Shown here: positions 57,098 to 64,000 of the stretch, piece by piece
Position numbering within the stretch: position 1 is the stretch's first letter
How the letters are laid out: every line of letters starts with the position of its first letter
IMG/VR virus record: IMGVR_UViG_3300044715_000653
Reading direction: 5' to 3' (one strand)
Origin: an uncultured virus (IMG/VR IMGVR_UViG_3300044715_000653)
Taxonomy: Duplodnaviria; Heunggongvirae; Uroviricota; Caudoviricetes
DNA length: 64,000 nucleotides
The notes under the pieces: generated by a model
Database searches by the model: none
Seen by the model: the letters and a program-made list of their open reading frames with translations, nothing else
What the model was told of the DNA's origin: nothing
Program-made: the position numbers and the translations under genes

Positions 57098-57672
57098 TCT
57101 TAGCCATGTACTCGGGCGGCTTAGACAGCCTGGGTATGATATACCTGTTACTTACAGATCCTACGTACAAGGACTATAAGTTACACATTCATCACATACA
57201 CAATCGTAATGTAGAACATAGAGATCAGGCAGAAGCTATTGTAGTACCCTTAGTTCTAAAAGAACTTGAACGATTGGGCTACAGTTTTGTCTATAGTGAA
57301 AGCGAAATAGGTTCACAGCCCTACAATGGGCAGTATATGTACGACACAGACACTATTAACTTCTTTGCTGGCTATATTTGCAGTGTGAATCCTAATATAG
57401 TAAAAGTTGCTATGGGTATGCAGGCCAATGACAGTAATCACAGTTTAGAAGAAAGACGCAAGCGTGCTGACCGGATACTAGCAGCATTTACAGATGTTGA
57501 AAAGATTTATCCTGTGTTAGATATGACCAAGCGTGAGATATATGACAGTCTGCCAGAAAGCCTGCGTAATATGTTTTGGAGTTGTCGACGTCCAGTGTAC
57601 AGTGAAAAAAATATCGCACCTTGTGGATGGTGCGATACTTGTGTTAAACTACGAGATCAAGGTATTCGTTAA
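57085..57672 (+). CDS. QueC-like PP-loop ATPase
   Basis: SGGLDS; WSCRRP...CGWCDTC Zn site. Confidence 0.75.
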   Translation: MEQIILAMYSGGLDSLGMIYLLLTDPTYKDYKLHIHHIHNRNVEHRDQAEAIVVPLVLKELERLGYSFVYSESEIGSQPYNGQYMYDTDTINFFAGYICSVNPNIVKVAMGMQANDSNHSLEERRKRADRILAAFTDVEKIYPVLDMTKREIYDSLPESLRNMFWSCRRPVYSEKNIAPCGWCDTCVKLRDQGIR

Positions 57673-59324
57673 GAACCCCATAATCCGTTGTCTGATTGCC
57701 AACGACCGTCTGTGAATATCATCATTGCTATATCAAGACTTGTGCCGGCTGTAAACGGAACGAAAGAATAATTAGTATAAGTTGATCCATCTACCCTAGC
57801 GTTGCCAACTGTGAGTCTTATACTACCTTCAGATGATCCAGTTTGTCTTACGAGGTGCATGATCTGCCCTTCAGTTCCGTTGGCCAGTGAGTAACCACCA
57901 TCTGCTAGTTTGTTAATAGATTTAGTTAGGTCTAATACTGTTGGTACTAATTCTGAGACATCGATATTTCTAGTTTCTCCCGGCGCTCCACCTAAATCAT
58001 CAGAATCTAAAGTACCAATAACTTGAGTTCTAGTAAAATTTGGGTTTTCGGGAATACTAGTAATAGTGTAACCCGGTGTGCCACTGAGTACCTGTACAGT
58101 AAACACAATACCACTTAATGTAAACGGTCCATAATCGCCATCAACAAGCGGAGTTGTAAACCCTGAATCACCTAGGTAAAGCGGTGTAGTACCAACTGTC
58201 TTAGCAACTGTACCTTGAATCACAGCGCCCGGCAGTGTTGTAGTACCGTTTTTGCCAAATGTCCAAGTGTTATCATATGTTGAACCAGTAGAGGCAGTAT
58301 ATATATTAACTTCTCCGCCGGTGCCGCTTTGTACGCCGTAGCCTGCACGAATGTCTACATTGCCACCTGCACCAAGATCGTAGGTAGTATTACCAGCAGC
58401 AAGTTCTAAGAATCCACCAACACTGCCATTACCACCATTAGCATTACCACTACGTACACGAATGTTGCCGCCGTTAAGTCCGCCAGTAGCGCCGCGAATG
58501 TCAACATTACCCGCAACTCCAGAATAGTTACTGCCTTCACCGCCACGACCCGCCCAAACTAAAACATCACCACCTTGATAACCACCAGATTGCTCCGAGT
58601 TTCCGTAACCTCGTTGACCTTGGATGATTATCTTTGGAGCATTAGGGTAGGATCCATTTGGAGCAGGTCCTGTGATAACAGTTTGATCTATATCTGGGTC
58701 GTTGCCTAACTTTAATGTAGGACCAGTGACTGTAGCTCCTGTATTATCGTAGGTATCTAAAGACGGTAATATTAGTGCTCCAGTGTTGCTAAATTCAAAT
58801 GTCCTTCCGCCCTGTGTGTTGTTCAAATCAACAGTAAGAGCAATACCAGTTTGTGTTAGTTGGAGTTGACTGTAGTGTACATCGTTGGTGTTGCTGACGG
58901 TCTTTATAGTAATATTACCATTACTACCAGCGTGCATGGCAATGATATTAATATCGTTGTCGTAGGAATTGATATTGCCGGGAATTCTAAATTCGCCAGT
59001 ATCTTCAAAACGCCATTGGTAGCCAGTGGTGGCATCGATACTAAATTGATCGTATTGTAGTTCAGTTGAGAAGTAATTAGACCCGTTACCATTATTAATA
59101 GTTTGACTGATACTGACGCCACCTTGGTTAGTGTCAGATACTATAACCTCTATATTGTTATTTACAGCAGTAAGACTGCCACTGCCAACTGGATTGCCGC
59201 CACTTGTACTACCATCGTGTAAGCGTAGACCGTTATCACTGTCCCAGGTTAGTTCACCGTCTCTACCTACGTAGTTAGTTCTAAAATCCTGGCCGTTGCT
59301 TGTGTTGTATCTCTTAAATGGCAT
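57669..59324 (-). CDS. tail fibre-like protein
   Basis: N-terminal GRDGEL..LRLHDG module; Gly-rich GGxVxIxAG repeats. Confidence 0.7.
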   Translation of the reverse strand: MPFKRYNTSNGQDFRTNYVGRDGELTWDSDNGLRLHDGSTSGGNPVGSGSLTAVNNNIEVIVSDTNQGGVSISQTINNGNGSNYFSTELQYDQFSIDATTGYQWRFEDTGEFRIPGNINSYDNDINIIAMHAGSNGNITIKTVSNTNDVHYSQLQLTQTGIALTVDLNNTQGGRTFEFSNTGALILPSLDTYDNTGATVTGPTLKLGNDPDIDQTVITGPAPNGSYPNAPKIIIQGQRGYGNSEQSGGYQGGDVLVWAGRGGEGSNYSGVAGNVDIRGATGGLNGGNIRVRSGNANGGNGSVGGFLELAAGNTTYDLGAGGNVDIRAGYGVQSGTGGEVNIYTASTGSTYDNTWTFGKNGTTTLPGAVIQGTVAKTVGTTPLYLGDSGFTTPLVDGDYGPFTLSGIVFTVQVLSGTPGYTITSIPENPNFTRTQVIGTLDSDDLGGAPGETRNIDVSELVPTVLDLTKSINKLADGGYSLANGTEGQIMHLVRQTGSSEGSIRLTVGNARVDGSTYTNYSFVPFTAGTSLDIAMMIFTDGRWQSDNGLWGS

Positions 59325-59338
59325 TTTCTATTCCTTAA

Positions 59339-61891
59339 TTAGCAGTTATTTTCTTGACCGTAGAACACTCTAGCAGTCCATTGTATTTTAACATCAGCAC
59401 TTTCACCGTCTTTGCCGCGATACATCAAACGAACTTGATTGTAACTGGCCTCGTCAAGAATCCAAGGTTGATTATACATCATGTCGTTGTCATTACCGGT
59501 GTAGTGTTCAGTATGCGTAGCCTCTCCACCTTCATCGTAGAAACCACTACAATGAATTGTGCCAATTTGTGTACCGTAGTATTCGTCATTATAAAGTTGA
59601 TACTCAATGATTACGCCAGTTACTTCCCAGCCGTTTTGTCGACGACCCGGAGCATTGTCTGAGTTAAACCACTCAACATCGTCGTCGCCATTCCAATATA
59701 AGTTCTTGCCACCGTTGTAGATTTCAATACGCATGGTGTCATAGTTGTCACCTTCAAACTCGCTGGCCTGTGACAAAGGTGCAGTAGATATGCTGGTACC
59801 ATCTTCAAATTCTAAATTAGTAACACCTTTAACATATCCTGTGGCTCCCTTACCAAGTGCGGCAGTAACATTTGACACATATCCAAGGTCTATTAGATCT
59901 ACTAGTGCGGTTGTTGGCGTTGTTGTTGTTACCAACATACTAGTCACTTCAATGTACCCATCGTCGTCATTAACTGAAGTAATATTAACTGCGGTATTAG
60001 TAATCCAATCTTGTTCTTGATATACTAGTCCGCCCGATAGCAGACCAGGAGTTGTTCCATCGACTGGTAATTTAACAGTTATTGAACTATCGTTACCTGA
60101 ATAGTTAGTGAATGTTAGATAGTAGTTAGTACCGTCGCAGGCTAGTGCTCTACGTCCACTGTCCCAGGCAAGGGTTTGATCACTACCAAAGGAAATAGCA
60201 CGTTGCCAATTTACAGCACCTGTGTTACTGCTAAATGACATGACTAATATATCGTCATCGTTGCTGATATAACTACCAAACTCACTGGCAACAATAATAT
60301 TGCCTGTTGCGTCAAACACTGGGTTTGTTAAATCGTTAAAGCCCATCGGGTCAGTGCTGTTGCCATCAGTTCCAATGGTTGTTCTCCAGTACATATTACC
60401 AGTTGCGGGATTTAGTTTAGCAACGACACCATAATCATTGTTGGTTTTGGCTGTCACAACAACATTACCAGTAGAGTCTACAGCAATACTTTGTGGATTA
60501 TTGTATTGGCCAAAATCGATAAACTTAGTCCATTGATGTACACCATTGGAATTTAGTTTAACTACACCGGCTCTAGTACTTTCACGATAATCCAAACCAC
60601 TAGAAGCCTCCATGGCTATGTACACATTGCCGCCCGTGTCTGTAGCCACTGCCCGAGCATAATCCCAATCGCTACCACCGATGGTACGTGCCCAATTGTC
60701 GGTGATTACCCAAGTGTTGTCGCTGGTACTTTGTTGTATGTTCCACTGGCGCCCAACGGTATCACCAAAGTCAATACCTGTGTTTTCTTCAAACCAAATT
60801 AATTCTGTTTGTGCTGAGCCAGATAAGGTATAGCTTAAGATACTACCATTACCGTTAACGTTGCCCACTGTGACGGTTAGATCGTTGGTGGTAAGGTTAC
60901 CACCAAGTTCGTTACCATGGATTGTTATCTCATCACCTGTAAGATAATCCTGTCCACCATAGTAGTCACTGACTACGTAAACATTGCTGCGTGGAGTGTA
61001 AGTGATATCCCAATTGGAACCAAAACCATCAGCACTGTCACTGCTGCTTTCATCAACAGAGAAAAAGTTAATGCTGGTAATAGTTGTACCGCTACCTGCA
61101 TCGTTACCAGTGATGCTCCAACCGTTGTTTAATGATGGTAGGGTGTTAGAACCAAACGTTGCGGCAATATTTACGCCTAGATAATGTGTATAACTGCCTG
61201 GGTGTACTGGAACATTGCTATAGATGATAGCGTTACCGTTTTGATGTCCGCCTACTATAACCGTGCTGTCATCTGGCATTAACCCGCTGTCAGCAACATA
61301 TGACCCAGGGTCACCAAGGAAAGAATATTGTCTGCTAGATATAGCAGTTAAGTTAGCGTTAATTTCGTGGCGATGGATTTTATAACTATTAGTTTCGTAT
61401 TGTCCTCCGGCTACTATAATATTACCAGTTGTAGGATTAACTGTTACAGCGCCAGCATAGGCATCACCTTGGTTAGATTCCCAAATAATCTTACTGGCTA
61501 AGACTTCACCAGTTGTGGATATTTTACTAATGACCATTGCATCATTGTTATACCCATCGTCATCATTGGCAAAACTTGAATAAAAACCGCCTGCAAGATA
61601 CAAATTACCAGAGCGCAATACCATAGCATCGTGATAGATATGTCCACTAGTGCTATCGACAATGGATGAAGTTGTTGCCCAACCCTGTACTTCGCGGCTA
61701 ACATCTAAGTTACCGTTGGTTATTCCACTGCCGCCACTAGCATAGTCTAGGTCTACCCAAGCAGTAGAGCCATCACCGTATTTTACTAGGTTGGTGTCGG
61801 TTTCTAGGCCTGGCTCACCTTGTGCTAGTGTAGGGTTAGTTGCTGTCCAATTTGCCGCTGTATCTCGACGAATTTGTATTTTACTTGCCAT
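59339..61891 (-). CDS. tail fibre/receptor-binding protein with Mtd-N-like N-terminus and beta-propeller-like repeats
   Basis: KIQIRRDTAANW..NPTLAQGEPGLETDT..KYGDG; VATDTGGNVY and IAVDSTGNVVV repeats. Confidence 0.75.
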   Translation of the reverse strand: MASKIQIRRDTAANWTATNPTLAQGEPGLETDTNLVKYGDGSTAWVDLDYASGGSGITNGNLDVSREVQGWATTSSIVDSTSGHIYHDAMVLRSGNLYLAGGFYSSFANDDDGYNNDAMVISKISTTGEVLASKIIWESNQGDAYAGAVTVNPTTGNIIVAGGQYETNSYKIHRHEINANLTAISSRQYSFLGDPGSYVADSGLMPDDSTVIVGGHQNGNAIIYSNVPVHPGSYTHYLGVNIAATFGSNTLPSLNNGWSITGNDAGSGTTITSINFFSVDESSSDSADGFGSNWDITYTPRSNVYVVSDYYGGQDYLTGDEITIHGNELGGNLTTNDLTVTVGNVNGNGSILSYTLSGSAQTELIWFEENTGIDFGDTVGRQWNIQQSTSDNTWVITDNWARTIGGSDWDYARAVATDTGGNVYIAMEASSGLDYRESTRAGVVKLNSNGVHQWTKFIDFGQYNNPQSIAVDSTGNVVVTAKTNNDYGVVAKLNPATGNMYWRTTIGTDGNSTDPMGFNDLTNPVFDATGNIIVASEFGSYISNDDDILVMSFSSNTGAVNWQRAISFGSDQTLAWDSGRRALACDGTNYYLTFTNYSGNDSSITVKLPVDGTTPGLLSGGLVYQEQDWITNTAVNITSVNDDDGYIEVTSMLVTTTTPTTALVDLIDLGYVSNVTAALGKGATGYVKGVTNLEFEDGTSISTAPLSQASEFEGDNYDTMRIEIYNGGKNLYWNGDDDVEWFNSDNAPGRRQNGWEVTGVIIEYQLYNDEYYGTQIGTIHCSGFYDEGGEATHTEHYTGNDNDMMYNQPWILDEASYNQVRLMYRGKDGESADVKIQWTARVFYGQENNC

Positions 61892-61934
61892 TTTACTTAA
61901 TCCTTAGTATTATTGTATTTATTGTCTATGTTGA

Positions 61935-62615
61935 TTATGACCATCTTGAATTAGTGGCGTTATAATTTTGTAGTACTTCTGCGTCTGACAGAGCTCGTGT
62001 GTATAGTCTAAATTCGCCAAAGTCTGCTGTCAGTGAGTTACCGTTGCCAAAGTTAGTGGGTGAGAAAGCAAACAGATCAAAATACATGTTTGTGATGTTG
62101 TAGTCTCTTGGGCTGATTTCCTCAGGAAATGTACCGTTGTCTACCATTTGCCCATTGTAATATGTTATTAGTGGTCCGTTGGTTGTATAAGTCACCACAT
62201 AGTGTTGCCACGCATCTCTTGTTATGGGAGTTGTGATTTCTGAATATAACTGCGTTTCTGCCCAGTAACCAGTCACCAGTGTAGTTGCACTGATTTCAAC
62301 TGCACTCACTGTGTAACCGCCCTCGCCAATTTTAGTTAACAATGCGCCACTATTGTTGCCTGTGGTGCGTACCCAAAATTCGTAGGTGTAATCATTGTTG
62401 GTTAGTGTAGTGGTATCAATAGTATCTGTTGTTAGATATTCTGTGCCAGTGAACTCTAAATAGTTTCCCGTTTGTACAGGACTACCTGTGCGTGTGACAC
62501 CTGCCCAGTTGTTCTCACTTGTGGCATTGAATACAGGAGTGTCTACAATCTCTGGAGGTGAACCATACTGAATAAGTCGTACGCCTGATGTAAAATGTCC
62601 GCCGGTGATCTTCAT
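61935..62615 (-). CDS. LamG/concanavalin A-like domain protein
   Basis: YTYEFWV, WQHYVVTY, YYNG, RLYTRALSDAEVLQNY. Confidence 0.85.
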   Translation of the reverse strand: MKITGGHFTSGVRLIQYGSPPEIVDTPVFNATSENNWAGVTRTGSPVQTGNYLEFTGTEYLTTDTIDTTTLTNNDYTYEFWVRTTGNNSGALLTKIGEGGYTVSAVEISATTLVTGYWAETQLYSEITTPITRDAWQHYVVTYTTNGPLITYYNGQMVDNGTFPEEISPRDYNITNMYFDLFAFSPTNFGNGNSLTADFGEFRLYTRALSDAEVLQNYNATNSRWS

Positions 62616-63787
62616 TATATTTTCACTATACTAATATAACCTGCGGCATTGTTATAGATGCCCAGGTTAGTAATACTTGCACCATTAAATGTGCCGCTTA
62701 AATCGTACTGTCCATCACTGGTTGATACGCTGGTAGCATTACTGTCAATGTAACTACCACCGCCGCCTCCTGAGTCAACTGCTGTACCTGCTAGGGCAAA
62801 GCCGCCACCGCCGCCTGACCAACCGCCGCCAGCGCCGCCCACAATAGGTCCAGGACCAGAACCACCACCAAAGCCACCACTACTGGTACTTGGTGGAGGA
62901 TAAGTCGCACTACTAAATGTGCCGCCTATAGCACCATTAGCAAAACTTCCGCCTGCTCCACCAAAGCCAGATGATCCCGAAACAGTATTAAAAGTCCAGG
63001 TAGTGCCATTCCAACTGCGGCCATTGCCATAATATCCGCCACCACCGCCACTGTCATATCCGTTGACACTGATTGTGCCACCTATGCTAACATGTGTGTT
63101 GCCGCCAAATCCGTTTGTGCCGCCCGGAGCACCCACACGGTTTGATGTAATAGTAGCACCACTATTACCGGCACTGTTACCGCCGCGCTGAGTAGTTACA
63201 CCATAGCCACCAGGGAATATTGACGTGTTGCCAGTCCACGCACCAGGTGCTCCACCGCCGCCGGCTACTATTAACGGAGCAACGTTAGCAAATCCTATAC
63301 TAGCTACATTACCTAAGGCTACAAATGTGCCACCTCCGCCGCCAGGCGAACTATAAGTGCTAGGCTGTTGGGTATTAGCACTGGGTTGTCCTACTAATAA
63401 GGTAAGTTTTTGTCCTTGGGTAAGATTAAATATACCCTGTACTACAGCACCACGTCCATGAGCATTAGCAAAAGTTGCGTTGCCAGAAAACGCTGTAATT
63501 ATTCCACTGCGACTACCTGCGGCAGTGATTCGATAACTAGCGGTCTGTGGTACCGTCCATACTTGATATCCTCGCCAGGTAGTTGGTACATCAAAGTACT
63601 CAGTACTCTGTAACCACGTATTACCTGTGTTGCTGTAAAAACTATAGCAGTTGCCTATAGTAGGACCAATATTACCTATAGTGTTAGCAGTTTGGAATGT
63701 AAAGGCTGTAAACTCATACAAGACGTTAACAACCGGGCTTAATAATACCCCACCACCAAATTGAACTCCACTAGATATTGTAGTCAT
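62615..63787 (-). CDS. glycine-rich virion protein (ALK/LTK-like Gly-rich domain)
   Basis: WTVP..YRITAAG, GRGA, LTLLVGQ, GGGGGTFV, PLIVAGGGG, GGGGSY. Confidence 0.75.
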   Translation of the reverse strand: MTTISSGVQFGGGVLLSPVVNVLYEFTAFTFQTANTIGNIGPTIGNCYSFYSNTGNTWLQSTEYFDVPTTWRGYQVWTVPQTASYRITAAGSRSGIITAFSGNATFANAHGRGAVVQGIFNLTQGQKLTLLVGQPSANTQQPSTYSSPGGGGGTFVALGNVASIGFANVAPLIVAGGGGAPGAWTGNTSIFPGGYGVTTQRGGNSAGNSGATITSNRVGAPGGTNGFGGNTHVSIGGTISVNGYDSGGGGGYYGNGRSWNGTTWTFNTVSGSSGFGGAGGSFANGAIGGTFSSATYPPPSTSSGGFGGGSGPGPIVGGAGGGWSGGGGGFALAGTAVDSGGGGGSYIDSNATSVSTSDGQYDLSGTFNGASITNLGIYNNAAGYISIVKI

Positions 63788-64000
63788 TACAGACCTCTAA
63801 GCATACAGCCGTTAAACCAAGTTATAGCAGGGTTATTTACAGCGGTAATAGATAGATTGCCTCCGCTAGTCTGCTGAACATAAATCTCAAAATAGTCACC
63901 TGTTCCGTTAGCCATTGCTTGAGTGCTTATAGTCATTGCTCCTAAAGTTGATGCCCAGTTTACACCAGAAGCATTCCAACCGCGTTTATGTTCAACTCCG
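63787..64000 (-). CDS. C-terminal part of a C1q-like domain fibre protein (5' end outside the window)
   Basis: Own translation ...NGTGDYFEIYVQQTSG...TWFNGCMLRGL*. Confidence 0.6.
   Translation of the reverse strand, partial: GVEHKRGWNASGVNWASTLGAMTISTQAMANGTGDYFEIYVQQTSGGNLSITAVNNPAITWFNGCMLRGL

Noticed and set aside
57085..57672. 7-deazaguanine DNA modification pathway
   Set aside because: Only a QueC-like gene is present; no folE, queD, queE or dpdA recognised in this window
59339..61891. Diversity-generating retroelement suggested by the Mtd-N-like domain
   Set aside because: No reverse transcriptase and no template/variable repeat pair seen in the window
1..64000. Bacterial chromosome origin, or alternative genetic code
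   Set aside because: Host-like genes are interspersed with T4-like replication and virion genes and phage promoters; long ORFs are intact in code 11 and TAA, TAG and TGA all serve as stops

Overview
This window is a gene-dense, AT-rich segment of a large T4-like/jumbo dsDNA bacteriophage genome, mostly encoded on the minus strand. Phage evidence: gp41-like helicase, gp61-like primase, NrdAB plus glutaredoxin, tail-fibre and virion proteins, an HNH homing endonuclease, repeated sigma70 early promoters and TATAAATA-type late promoters. I found no tRNA, rRNA, CRISPR array or integrase. The host is inferred to be a betaproteobacterial methylotroph (Methylophilaceae-like), because the phage carries an unannotated PqqA peptide next to cytochrome c and AhpC. 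Main observations: (1) a curli/type VIII-like operon (CsgF, CsgG, two curlin-repeat proteins, FecR, an outer-membrane barrel) linked to a CHASE2 adenylate cyclase and to a stand-alone paralogue of that cyclase's C-terminal tail; (2) a PlcP-like phospholipase plus phosphate porin cassette behind a Pho box, bounded by 32-bp direct repeats; (3) host-regulator-type cis elements (Pho box, OxyR-like box, NrdR-like box, ROSE-like thermometer); (4) dnaK-hsp20-clpS and bS21; (5) iscU/iscA among four radical SAM genes; (6) a shared M-[KR]-[IL]-x-E N-terminal motif on late proteins, including a ligase-like enzyme; (7) candidate structured RNA leaders. All assignments come from reading motifs by eye; no database search was run.
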